A stretch of DNA of 64,000 nucleotides from an uncultured Cytophagia bacterium (GTDB taxonomy: Bacteria; Zhuqueibacterota; Zhuqueibacteria; Thermofontimicrobiales; Thermofontimicrobiaceae), in assembly GCA_964647995.1 (NCBI GenBank), contig CAZYNP010000004.1:124422-188421 (forward strand), in the 5' to 3' direction. This document shows, in pieces, positions 40,846 through 50,223 of the stretch (position 1 is its first letter; every line of letters starts with the position of its first letter). Made by a program: the position numbers and the translations under genes. The notes beneath the pieces are model-generated. The model was not told the DNA's origin. It made no database searches and saw only the letters and a list, made by a program, of their open reading frames with translations.

Positions 40846-41574
40846 CTATAATTTTTGGGCATAAACCAGAATTTCAAAGTCATCCAGTTCAATAGCCCGC
40901 GACTGAAAATTGCCAGCCTGGCAGCCATAGCCATCGATAACATCGAAACCAATTGTTTCCAGAATAAACTTGATTTCGGAAAAAGTGTAGTACCGATTGG
41001 AGCAGCACAGTTCCTCCGGCTGGCCACTTTCATTGATAAATTTTTCCGTCCAATACCCCATGCAGGTTTTAGGATCAAAATATGAGTCTTGCTCCGGATG
41101 TCGGAAAATATATGACGCATGCAACACGTTCAGCAATAGTTTGCCCCGACTTTTTAGCGATTCATAGAGGTTGGTTAAGATGGCGACATTTTCGGCATCA
41201 TTGTCCATAATACCAAAGGCGCCCTCACAAAGAGAAAACGCTGCATCGTAGCATGCTGGAAAACGCATGGTGCGGGCATCGGCATGAATGAACTCCACCG
41301 CCACGTTTTCCTGCGCAGCTCGCTCACGGGCCAGGGCGATCATGCGCGGGGAAATATCCAGCCCCGTGACCTGAAAACCGCGTCGAGCCAGCTCAATAGC
41401 ATGACGGCCTGGTCCGCAGCCGACATCCAGGATTCGCTGCGGAGGTGTTAATTGTAGCAACTGAACGATGAAGTCAACCTCTTGCGCTGTTCCTTGAGTA
41501 AAGGGATAAGCAAGGTAATTTCGGCCTAATTTTTCGAATAGCTCTAAATACCATCGTGGAGTGACCTGGCGCAT
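40846..41574 (-). CDS. class I SAM-dependent methyltransferase (small-molecule/UbiE-like, not a DNA MTase)
   Basis: Motif I ILDVGCGPGRHAIELARRGFQVTGLDIS. The start was moved to Met 41574 (MRQVTPRW), which has RBS AGGGGAG; the longer track ORF would overlap the upstream gene by 26 nt. No DPPY/NPPY motif. Confidence 0.8.
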   Translation of the reverse strand: MRQVTPRWYLELFEKLGRNYLAYPFTQGTAQEVDFIVQLLQLTPPQRILDVGCGPGRHAIELARRGFQVTGLDISPRMIALARERAAQENVAVEFIHADARTMRFPACYDAAFSLCEGAFGIMDNDAENVAILTNLYESLKSRGKLLLNVLHASYIFRHPEQDSYFDPKTCMGYWTEKFINESGQPEELCCSNRYYTFSEIKFILETIGFDVIDGYGCQAGNFQSRAIELDDFEILVYAQKL

Positions 41575-41650
41575 GATCGTATCTCCCCTTTTTGGAACCG
41601 GTCCTTTTGTCGTTGTGCTGCAATTGTCGCTGAGGCAGTTCCCTCGACGG

Positions 41651-44600
41651 TCAGAATAATTGCAATTGTGCATCATCGACTGGCGTTTCTTTGTCTCGGG
41701 GTCGGTCCTTGAGCTGTGCCTGACGTTGTTGCTTTAGCGCTTCTTCGATGTCGGCTAAAAATCGCGAGGGTCGATTATTTTTTCTCTCACCAAATAGGAA
41801 GCGGCTTTTGGTATACAATAGAATCAATCGTTGTTTGGCGCGGGTCATTCCCACGTAGAATAGCCGCCGCTCTTCTTCGATGTCGCCAGTAGTAGCCTGC
41901 GGGTGCCGATAAGGAATCAGCCCTTCCTCACAGCCGGCAATAAAAACAACCGGGAACTCTAAGCCTTTGGCGGCATGCAAGGTTAACAACGCCACTTTTT
42001 CCGCTTGCGGATTGTAGACATCCGTCTCTCTCTGAAGCGCGATCTGCTCCAGGAAATCACTCAAATTCACGGCTGCCGCATCGGCATATTCCCGCAACAA
42101 TTGCCAATAATATTGTCGCCGTCGGTCTTTTTTATAATACGATAGCAATCCGAATTGCGTCATTATGCGGGAGAGAATTTCGCCAACCGGGGCATCAGGA
42201 ACGAAAGCCATTATGTCCTTCATTCGACCGACCCAGCGCTCGATCGGCTGCTTCTGGGCTGCACTCAGCGGCGCAATCTGGCGACAGCGCTGCATGGCTT
42301 CCCAGAGCGACAGCGCATTGGTACGTTGGTAGCTCACCAATGATCGCAAAGTCGACTCGCCAATGCCGGTTGGCGCAATCTGGAGTATCCGCTGCAAATC
42401 CAGATCCGCCTGGGGCTGCTGCAGCACCTTCAAAAACGAAACCATTTCTTTCACTTCGGGAATTTCATAAAACGGCTGTTCGCCAACCGTCTGGTAGGGA
42501 ATCCCGGAACGAAGAAATGCCTCTTCCAGCGCAGCGACCTGGGCCCCCAATCGATAGAGTACCGCAATCTCGGAAAAACCAGTACAGGTTTGGGATTCCT
42601 CGTCGCCAGCACGACCAGAATCTACCGAAAAGAAGCTGGTGGCCCCCATCATCTTCTCGATCTGATGCACGATAGTCTCGGCTTCGGATTTCTCAGTTGG
42701 CGTCTGAAAAATGTCAATTTGAGTCCGGGAGATCAGGGGTGACCAGAGATGGTAATTCTGATGGTCTGGATTTTTGGAAATCACCTGCGTCGATGCCTTG
42801 AGAATCGTTGCCACCGACCGATAGTTCTTTTCCAGCCGAATGACCCGGCAGGCCGGAAAGTCCTGTTCAAATTGCAGGAAGAAACGACGGTCCGAGCCGC
42901 GAAAACCATAGATCGCCTGATCGGGATCGCCAATGGCACAGATGTGGGTCTCCGGAGTCGTCAGCGAGCGTAACAATTCATATTGCGGCCGATTGATATC
43001 CTGATATTCATCGATAAACAACCATCGATACCGCTGTTGATATTTCTTGAGCACGGCAGGCTGCGCTTGAAATAGGCGGATGGGCATTAAAATCAAATCA
43101 TCATAATCAAACGCCTGTTGCGCGTGGAGCGCTTGCTGATATTGATCGCACCAGGAACTCAACCGCGCATCAGTTGACGCAGGTGCTTCCGGGTCAGAAT
43201 GGGCAGGAGACAGGCTGTTTTTGAACCGGGAAATTTGATCGGCCAGCTCTCGTATCTCTTTGTTGGATAATGTCGGTGCGATTGTTTTTAGCAAATTTAT
43301 CACGTCGCTCTCGCCGTAGATCAAAAAGCTCGCCGGATAATTTATCGTTCGCGCCTCCTGCCTCAAAATGGAAGCTCCCAGAGCATGGAATGTTTTAATG
43401 GTTATGGCGCTGGTGGTGCTCTCACCCAACACCGCCAGCAGTCGCGACCGCATCTCCTGAGCGGCACGATTGGTAAAAGTAATTGCCAATATCTGATCCG
43501 GCGGGACACCCTTGTTTTGAATCCAAAACGCGATGCGCTGCGTGAGGGTATGAGTTTTGCCGGTGCCGGGCCCGGCAACTATCAATAACGAAGAACCGTC
43601 ATATTCTACTGCCTCCTGCTGGCGGCGATTGAGGCCGGTCGCGCCTTCTTCATCAGATTCGTGCGGCGCCGCAATTGCGGCCTCTGGAGTAACCTCCGGC
43701 GGGGGTTGTTGCTGACCGTAGGCCAACTCCTGATCTTTTATCCCCGACGGCGCGGGTTGATCGCCTGCGGTTGGCAACACCGAGGCATCATCGCCAAAAA
43801 AGAAGGATTGCGATAAAAACCGCTGTCGCTCGTCATCCGAGAAGAGTTTGATGGTGCCAAACTCGCCATCATAGCCGGCAGCAATCTGGACCTCTTTCTG
43901 GCGCATACGTCGAATTCCCTCGGCCAACAAGCTCCCGCCGGCTCGCTGGAGTTCACTGAGCGGAATCTCCGTCAGGATCGTTATTTCGGAACCGAATTGG
44001 CGCAGTAGCTTTTCCAGCTTTGCCGCGACCGCCTTGGTGCCCGCACCGACCGCTAAGATCTCCGCCAAAACTTCCGGCAACGGTATCAGGCTATGGAAAG
44101 GCCTGGCAGCAGACGGTTGTGAGCCGAACGGACGGTCGGCCAATGCTTCCACGCGATTGAGGACGCCAACGGTCACGCGCTTGCCGCAAACCGGACAGTG
44201 GCCCTGATGCGCGGCAGTCTCAGCCGGAGTGAGCCGCACCTGGCAGCTCCGATGACCATCCAGATGATACTTGCCCTCCTCCGGGAAAAATTCAATCGTA
44301 CCTAAGAAGTGTCCCGAACTGCCGTTTTTTAACGCTGTTAGCATCGCAGGATAGGAAAACTCACCATCGAATATATTTGCCTCGCGTCCCAGCTTTGCCG
44401 GTGAATGGGCATCCGAATTCGAGACCAGGGTGAATCGATCCAGTTGGGAAAGCATCCAATTCATCGGCGGATCTGACGAGAGACCGGTTTCCAGGGCGAA
44501 AATTTGCGGCGTGAGGTCCTCGAAGCAATCACCAATGGAATCGAAGCCGGATTTTGAGCCCAGCACGGAAAACCAGGGCGTCCAGATATGCGCGGGAATT

Positions 44601-45079
44601 AAAAACGACCATTCGTGCGATTGGAGCACCATTTCCAGCAGATCCCGAGCATCGAGCCCCAGGATGGGCCGGCCGTCAGATCGGATATTGCCGATTTTTT
44701 CCAATGCCACTTGAAATTTTTGGGCAACATCAAGGGAGGGAAAAAAGACGATGTTATGAATTTTGCGGACGTGATCGCCTTTTTTATAAATATTGCTAAT
44801 CTCGCCCGACAGCACAAAACGGACCTCGCGGTGACATGCTGCTGGGACGGTGGCATCGATGGCGCGGGCATAATCAGATTTCAGGCGAAAGAAACCCGGC
44901 TCGGCCGGTTCCAATTTGGTTTTGATCTCATCCAACCAGCCCGGATGCGTGATATCGCCGCTGGCAACCACCTGAATCCCCTTTAGCTGTGCCCAGCGGT
45001 GCAACTGTTCGAATGTCAGATCCTTGCTGGTAGCTCGGGAAAAGTGAGAATGAATATGCAAATCAGCGATGAATTTCAT
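41651..45079 (-). CDS. fusion protein: N-terminal EndoQ-like PHP-domain endonuclease + Zn ribbon (~aa 1-430), Pro/Gln-rich linker, C-terminal UvrD/PcrA-like SF1 helicase (~aa 500-1142)
   Basis: N-terminus: MKFIADLHIHSHFSRA, GDITHPGW, IPAHIWTPWFS, SNSDAHSPAKLGREANIF, GKYHLDGHRSC...CPVCGKR, RPFHSLIPLPEVLA and FGSEITIL match EndoQ/TIGR00375 as I remember it. C-terminus: Q-motif LNRRQQEAV, Walker A AGPGTGKTHTL, FTNRAAQEM, Walker B DEYQDI, GDPDQAIYGFRG, NYRS, TLHAAKGLEFPVVFIAG and YVGMTRAKQRL, i.e. SF1 motifs Q through VI. Confidence 0.85.
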   Translation of the reverse strand: MKFIADLHIHSHFSRATSKDLTFEQLHRWAQLKGIQVVASGDITHPGWLDEIKTKLEPAEPGFFRLKSDYARAIDATVPAACHREVRFVLSGEISNIYKKGDHVRKIHNIVFFPSLDVAQKFQVALEKIGNIRSDGRPILGLDARDLLEMVLQSHEWSFLIPAHIWTPWFSVLGSKSGFDSIGDCFEDLTPQIFALETGLSSDPPMNWMLSQLDRFTLVSNSDAHSPAKLGREANIFDGEFSYPAMLTALKNGSSGHFLGTIEFFPEEGKYHLDGHRSCQVRLTPAETAAHQGHCPVCGKRVTVGVLNRVEALADRPFGSQPSAARPFHSLIPLPEVLAEILAVGAGTKAVAAKLEKLLRQFGSEITILTEIPLSELQRAGGSLLAEGIRRMRQKEVQIAAGYDGEFGTIKLFSDDERQRFLSQSFFFGDDASVLPTAGDQPAPSGIKDQELAYGQQQPPPEVTPEAAIAAPHESDEEGATGLNRRQQEAVEYDGSSLLIVAGPGTGKTHTLTQRIAFWIQNKGVPPDQILAITFTNRAAQEMRSRLLAVLGESTTSAITIKTFHALGASILRQEARTINYPASFLIYGESDVINLLKTIAPTLSNKEIRELADQISRFKNSLSPAHSDPEAPASTDARLSSWCDQYQQALHAQQAFDYDDLILMPIRLFQAQPAVLKKYQQRYRWLFIDEYQDINRPQYELLRSLTTPETHICAIGDPDQAIYGFRGSDRRFFLQFEQDFPACRVIRLEKNYRSVATILKASTQVISKNPDHQNYHLWSPLISRTQIDIFQTPTEKSEAETIVHQIEKMMGATSFFSVDSGRAGDEESQTCTGFSEIAVLYRLGAQVAALEEAFLRSGIPYQTVGEQPFYEIPEVKEMVSFLKVLQQPQADLDLQRILQIAPTGIGESTLRSLVSYQRTNALSLWEAMQRCRQIAPLSAAQKQPIERWVGRMKDIMAFVPDAPVGEILSRIMTQFGLLSYYKKDRRRQYYWQLLREYADAAAVNLSDFLEQIALQRETDVYNPQAEKVALLTLHAAKGLEFPVVFIAGCEEGLIPYRHPQATTGDIEEERRLFYVGMTRAKQRLILLYTKSRFLFGERKNNRPSRFLADIEEALKQQRQAQLKDRPRDKETPVDDAQLQLF

Positions 45080-45587
45080 TTTCAGATTGATACGTTCGTT
45101 GTTAACTTTTGGCTAATCAATGTCTACAGATAATCGATTTTTGACCTGGAACTGGCAGAGAGACGATGGTGACAGTTGACAGTTGTCAACCGAATCAGAA
45201 TGATCCAATGACCGCCACGCCACCACGACGATCAGGCGGCGTCTGCCATTGCGTGTTGAAAACGCCGCCAAAAATCTGGCAATCGCATCCAGATGCTTCG
45301 GGTTTTGTTCGCTCAGCGGCCTGTTGTCCTGGAAGTTAGAATGCCGGTTGACTCCGAGATAGCCATTCATCACCTCCCCATTCAGGCTTACGAGCACTAA
45401 TACTATAATTAAATAAAAGGAGAAAGTCAAGAAGATTGTGGGAAAAGGTTGGTGATATTTTGTCATTTCTGGCAGGAGGAAAAAAACTATCTCCGCTTGT
45501 CGAAAAAGCGATTTCGACAAAAAATGTTCTGACCCATGGCAAATGTGACTGGCAGCGTTGGTCAGCAATGTCCTGGTCGCGGTGCAG

Positions 45588-45875
45588 TTATTTTTTCGAA
45601 GATGACCGGGATGATTGTTTCCATAAAATATATCCAGTGACCAGAATGGCTATCACCAGATTGGTGATAAAGATGGCGTTCCAGAATGTGACATTGTAAA
45701 AAAATCTGCCCAGTCGCATCCGAAAAATCAGGATGAGAACTCCCAAAAGAGCGTAGATAAATGCATAGATGTAGTACAGGAAGATGTTGCCATGATTGTA
45801 GTCCTCGAACAGCGCTCTGAGGATGAAGAACAAAAGTGCGCTGCATAGTATGCCGAAAAAGACTGGAAGTAGCAT
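45588..45875 (-). CDS. small 3-TM membrane protein (hypothetical)
   Basis: 95 aa, strongly hydrophobic, with AAGGAG RBS 8 nt upstream. This is the only ORF in the 45.1-47.2 kb stretch with reasonable signals. Confidence 0.4.
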   Translation of the reverse strand: MLLPVFFGILCSALLFFILRALFEDYNHGNIFLYYIYAFIYALLGVLILIFRMRLGRFFYNVTFWNAIFITNLVIAILVTGYILWKQSSRSSSKK

Positions 45876-46686
45876 GACTTTTGCTCCTTATTTTTGTACT
45901 GGATTGCAGTGGCACATCCACCATTTTCAAAAAATGAATTGGCAAATTGAAATTCATTGACAGCTTAAATGGCAGAAATTCGTTCCAAAGTGGGTAGTGG
46001 CTGGAGAGCAATGCAGCACGAAATGCGATTCTGTTTCTTGGGCAGCGGTGAATATTTTCGGTTATTTGGTATAACGATCCAATCGATGCTCAGCCTCCGA
46101 GGTAGAAGAGCAGGCAGCCCCGAAAGGCCGGGCGCTTGCCAGCAGAGAGAGGGCATTGACGATTTTACAGCCAATGTCTGACTTCGGATTGAATTAAAAT
46201 ATAGCTATCACCTCCTGAATATTTATTTGACGGCATAAATTTCGACAACATGTTACACCAATAATATAACCAGATTTTCTTGAAAGTCAAGTAGATTTTA
46301 TACTCAAAAAAAATAACCAAACAGAACAATGCCCAATGGAGGGCTAACTCGACTATGAGCTGACAATTGGCAATTCTTGACGGCCATCGGCTATTTTTCG
46401 CCGGCAGGGTCACACGCACCAAGTGCGGCAAAGAAATCCCTCGTCGAGGGAAAACTGCAAGGCATTTTGCGTTCGTTGACGGCTGAAGCGTAGGCTGATC
46501 CATAGGGTTCTAATAAGCAGAGCAAACAATTGTCCTTATGCAAATACGGCCCAGGGATCGATGGCAGCATCTAATCTGAGTTTTCTAAACTAAATTATAA
46601 TCTGTCGGAAAAAATCCAAACGCCTTCCGGCCGCTGGTGTTGACCAGATCAATAAGTCACAAAAATCTCATCAATACCAAATTGGC

Positions 46687-46870
46687 GAGCGACCGGTCAG
46701 TAACTTGGTCCACTCATACGTGAGGTTTTTCAGCTCATTGAAAAAAATCAGTTATAGGTGGACTGACCAGTCGCTTAAAAATGGAATGCTTCCAAAATCT
46801 CAAAAAGTTGAGCGACCGGTCAGTAACTTGGTCCACTCATACGTGAGGTTTTTCAGATCATTGAAAAAAA
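46687..46870. repeat. two 61-bp direct repeats (1 mismatch) flanking a partial inverted copy
   Basis: gagcgaccggtcagtaacttggtccactcatacgtgaggtttttcagMtcattgaaaaaaa occurs at 46687-46748 and 46810-46870. Between them lies ggtggactgaccagtcgc (46757-46774), an inverted partial copy of the repeat's 5' end. The track ORF 46705-46935 is an artefact of this repetition. Confidence 0.7.
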
Positions 46871-46873
46871 GTC

Positions 46874-46902
46874 TTGACATCGAAAAAATTTATTTCTATA
46901 TT
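46874..46902 (+). promoter_or_regulatory. sigma70-like promoter TTGACA-17nt-TATATT immediately after the second direct repeat
   Basis: Hexamers and spacing read directly. It points toward the lytic transglycosylase gene about 310 nt downstream. Confidence 0.4.
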
Positions 46903-47215
46903 CGGCGCTTTATTTTTAAAAACGAAATTCGATAAAATTAGCTTTTAGGCATATTCATTGAAACTTGACCTAAATCACAGCTATATTTTCGAAAAAAAGT
47001 TACATTTGACCAACAAAAAAGGATATTGACTATCGTCAACGAATAGTTGGGCAGTCCATCTCCTCATTCCCAAAAACGGTCAACGATGAAACCTAAACTG
47101 AGATGGATCGTTTAAAGCAGAGTTTTTAACGGCGCCATTAGAGCCTAACGAGAATTCAATTTCAATGCTATACGGGACCATAATTAGTTATTCAATTACA
47201 TAAGGAGAAATCAGG

Positions 47216-47920
47216 ATGAAGAAAGAGAACCTACTGTACAAGCACATCCGATTGCCATTGAAAATTTTGTTAATCGTTTTCATGTCGATTACCGTCATAG
47301 GGTTCACCTATAAGTATTTCGACACGACCGATGAAACAAAAAAGAAAATGAGCGATCTGGAGCGTTCTCTGCAAGACCTGAGAGCCGCGATGAGTGTGGA
47401 TAGCGTGCGACAATATAACATCCAGAAGATCATGGCGATTATTGACAAATACAACAAAACGATGTCGTCAGTTGAGAAATACGAGATTGCGAATGAGATT
47501 TATAACATGAGTCTGAAGTATACCAATCTGGATGTCGATTTGATTTGCGCCACGATCACACACGAGTCGGCCAAGACCTGGGATCCAAAGGTCATCTCGC
47601 AAGCGGGTGCTATTGGGTTGATGCAGATTATGCCGGCAACTGGCATGTATCTGGCTGAATACGAAGACATCACCTGGACCAGCCCCGAAGAAGTGCTGAT
47701 GAATCCCATCTACAATATCCGCATGGGCACTCGCTATCTGTCGACGCTGGTCTCTTATTACGGCGTGGACGGCGGGTTGGCCGCTTATAATGGCGGTGAG
47801 AAACAGGCTGCCCTCTGGCTAAAGAAAAACAAGCAAAAAGGCATCCTGTGGGCGGAAACTGAAAACTACATCCCGGCAATCATTAAATTATGGGATCAAT
47901 ATCGCGAAAAAGCTCTGTAA
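47216..47920 (+). CDS. lytic transglycosylase domain (SLT) protein, membrane-anchored
   Basis: 234 aa with an N-terminal TM and an SLT catalytic region ITHESAKTWDPKVISQAGAIGLMQIMPATG (catalytic Glu in HES). RBS AAGGAGA. Confidence 0.8.
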   Translation: MKKENLLYKHIRLPLKILLIVFMSITVIGFTYKYFDTTDETKKKMSDLERSLQDLRAAMSVDSVRQYNIQKIMAIIDKYNKTMSSVEKYEIANEIYNMSLKYTNLDVDLICATITHESAKTWDPKVISQAGAIGLMQIMPATGMYLAEYEDITWTSPEEVLMNPIYNIRMGTRYLSTLVSYYGVDGGLAAYNGGEKQAALWLKKNKQKGILWAETENYIPAIIKLWDQYREKAL

Positions 47921-47942
47921 CGACAACAGGGTTTGACATCGA

Positions 47943-47971
47943 AAAGGCTGCTCACCAGAGCAGCCTTTTTT
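47943..47971. terminator. bidirectional intrinsic terminator between convergent genes
   Basis: aaaaggctgctc-acca-gagcagcctttttt, with a T-run on the plus side and A/T-run flanks on the minus side. Confidence 0.65.
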
Positions 47972-48035
47972 ATTTTCTCCCCCAAAATTATTCCTGCACT
48001 TACCGATCGCTGGTGAGCGAGCGGTCCATTGAGCA

Positions 48036-49040
48036 CTAATTTTTCCGCTGGCGACGCTTGCGGAAGTAGTCTCGCGCCAGGTCGTTCCACAATTGACTCC
48101 AGGTCATTTCGGTATTGGCACGAAGCGGCACGTAGCATGCGCCGCAGGTATTGTGATTGGTGAAATTCGTCACCAACGCCCGTCGATTCTCAAACCTGAT
48201 CTTATGCATGGCACACGGAGCCAGGGTACCATCTGGATTGACGACCAGATGCCGAATACCGGTGCGGCAATTGGGGATGTGGTTGGTCTCGAAGAAATCG
48301 ATCATGCGACGAAAAACGGCCTCGGTATTCACGATTGGTGCGCCCTGCCGCCGCATCGCGATCAACTGCTCGATTTGATGACGCAACAATTGCAGCTCTT
48401 GCGTTGTTTTCAGGGAATGCGCATCGCTCTGGGTCCGCAATTGCGTGTAGGAACTAAACGTCAATGAGGCGCCCCAGCGAAACGCGGTGTTGGCAATATC
48501 CAGCAGATAGGGCAAATTTTCTCGCCGAATGACGGAGATCATGGCAATATCATGATAACCCAGTGCGGTCATGCGCGGGATGATTTCCGAGAGATGCTTG
48601 AAGAGCCCCGGAATCTGCCGATTTTTGTCATGACGCTCGTCGGGCATGTCCAGTGAAAATGAAAATTGATCGACGCCGGCCTGTTTGAGCTCCACGTATT
48701 TCTCCACGGTCATCAGCGAAGCGTTGGAGACAAAGGCAATCATGGGCAATGTTCCATGACTCCGAAACAATCGTACCACATCGAGATAATCCTGGCGCAG
48801 CAATGGCTCGCCGCCGGACACCTGGGCAAACAGGGGTCTCAATTGGCGATAGATCTGATCGAATTTTTCTGGTGGCGCCAATTTTTCGTTGGGGATGATG
48901 CCGTCCTTGTCGCAATGGGAACAATTGGCATTGCAGGAGTGCGTGATCTCGAACGATATTGCCAGTGGTTTTTTCATGAGCAGATTGGCAACGCCACGGA
49001 CAAATAGCCCGCGGGCCAGCTTCGGCGAAATATTTTTCAT
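48036..49040 (-). CDS. radical SAM protein with a SPASM/twitch-like C-terminal Cys cluster
   Basis: 334 aa. CNANCSHC (Cx3Cx2C) near the N-terminus and a C-terminal NCRTG...PCAMH...CGACY. RBS GGAAGGAGAGG. Confidence 0.8.
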   Translation of the reverse strand: MKNISPKLARGLFVRGVANLLMKKPLAISFEITHSCNANCSHCDKDGIIPNEKLAPPEKFDQIYRQLRPLFAQVSGGEPLLRQDYLDVVRLFRSHGTLPMIAFVSNASLMTVEKYVELKQAGVDQFSFSLDMPDERHDKNRQIPGLFKHLSEIIPRMTALGYHDIAMISVIRRENLPYLLDIANTAFRWGASLTFSSYTQLRTQSDAHSLKTTQELQLLRHQIEQLIAMRRQGAPIVNTEAVFRRMIDFFETNHIPNCRTGIRHLVVNPDGTLAPCAMHKIRFENRRALVTNFTNHNTCGACYVPLRANTEMTWSQLWNDLARDYFRKRRQRKN

Positions 49041-49266
49041 ATATTTTCCTCTCCTTCCAAATGAAATACCGCCAGCCCAATTTATCGGCTGACTCCAATG
49101 TAGTGTCGGGGTCTATGGACTACTCTTGACGAATTAACTTTTCAGTTTTTAACGAGTCAAGCAAATAATGCCACCATATTATCCTTCGAATTTAAGTGTT
49201 CAACTTCTGAATTATCAAAAACGCTCCCCCAGTACTCCGATGGCAATGGCTTCGAACCATAGTCTT

Positions 49267-50223
49267 TTACTTTTTTAGCTTCGCACTCAATTTAGTCAGC
49301 ATATCCTGGGTCATCGTTTCCAGAGTATATTTCGGCTGCCAGCCCCACTCCTCTCGGGCCGCACGATCATCCAGGCTATTGGGCCAGGAATCGGCGATGG
49401 CCTGACGCACCGGATCGATCTGATAGTCTATTTTGAAGTCGGGAATATGCCGCCGAATAGCAGCCGCAATGCTTTCGGGATCAACGCTCATGGCGGTGAT
49501 ATTGAACGCATTGCGATGTTTCAGTCGCGTGGGATCGGCTTCCATCAATGACATGGCGGCGCTCAGGGCATCGGGCATGTACATCATGTCCAGGAAGGTA
49601 CCTTGCTTCAAGTAGCAGGTGTATTTTCGATTTTTGATGGCTTCATAATAGATTTCGACGGCATAATCGGTGGTGCCGCCGCCGGGCAAAGTTTGGTAGG
49701 AAATCAGGCCCGGATAGCGCAGCCCTCGGGTATCGACGCCAAAACGATGAAAATAGTAGTCGCACAACAATTCGCCGGCGACTTTGGTGACGCCGTACAT
49801 CGTCTGGGGACGTTGAATGGTGTCCTGCGGCGTGCGATCGGCCGGTGTGGTCGGACCAAATGCGCCAATAGAACTGGGAGTGAAAACGCTGCAATGGTAT
49901 TCGCGAGCGACTTCCAGCACGTTATAGAGACCGTTCATATTTACCTGCCAGGCAAGCTGCGGCCGGGCTTCGGCCACCGCCGAGAGAATGGCCGCCAGAT
50001 GATAGATCGTTTTCACCTGGTACTGTTTCACAATTTCGGCAACCTTACCAGCATCCAGACAATCCAGGAGATGAAATGGACCGGCCGCGAGAACGCTTCC
50101 ATTGGGGTTGGGTTTAATATCGGAAGCGATTACCTGATCATTCCCATACACTTTTCTCAATTCAGTTGTCAATTCGGACCCAATCTGTCCCAGAGCACCG
50201 GTTACCAGAATCATTTGTTGCAT
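49267..50223 (-). CDS. NAD-dependent epimerase/dehydratase-family protein, L-threonine 3-dehydrogenase-like
   Basis: 318 aa. Rossmann motif ILVTGALGQIGSEL, YxxxK (YGVTKVAGE), and overall similarity to SDR-type TDH. Confidence 0.75.
   Translation of the reverse strand: MQQMILVTGALGQIGSELTTELRKVYGNDQVIASDIKPNPNGSVLAAGPFHLLDCLDAGKVAEIVKQYQVKTIYHLAAILSAVAEARPQLAWQVNMNGLYNVLEVAREYHCSVFTPSSIGAFGPTTPADRTPQDTIQRPQTMYGVTKVAGELLCDYYFHRFGVDTRGLRYPGLISYQTLPGGGTTDYAVEIYYEAIKNRKYTCYLKQGTFLDMMYMPDALSAAMSLMEADPTRLKHRNAFNITAMSVDPESIAAAIRRHIPDFKIDYQIDPVRQAIADSWPNSLDDRAAREEWGWQPKYTLETMTQDMLTKLSAKLKK

Noticed and set aside
40846-41676. Methyltransferase as the modification half of a restriction-modification pair with the upstream nuclease-helicase
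   Set aside because: The MTase has only a generic class I SAM-binding motif and lacks the DPPY/NPPY catalytic motifs of DNA N6/N4 or C5 methyltransferases. It is more likely a small-molecule or RNA MTase, though linkage to the fusion gene remains notable.
46705-46935. 76-aa ORF with internally repeated peptide (VHSYVRFF...SLKK twice)
   Set aside because: It is a translation artefact of the two 61-bp direct DNA repeats. There is no RBS and the composition is low-complexity.
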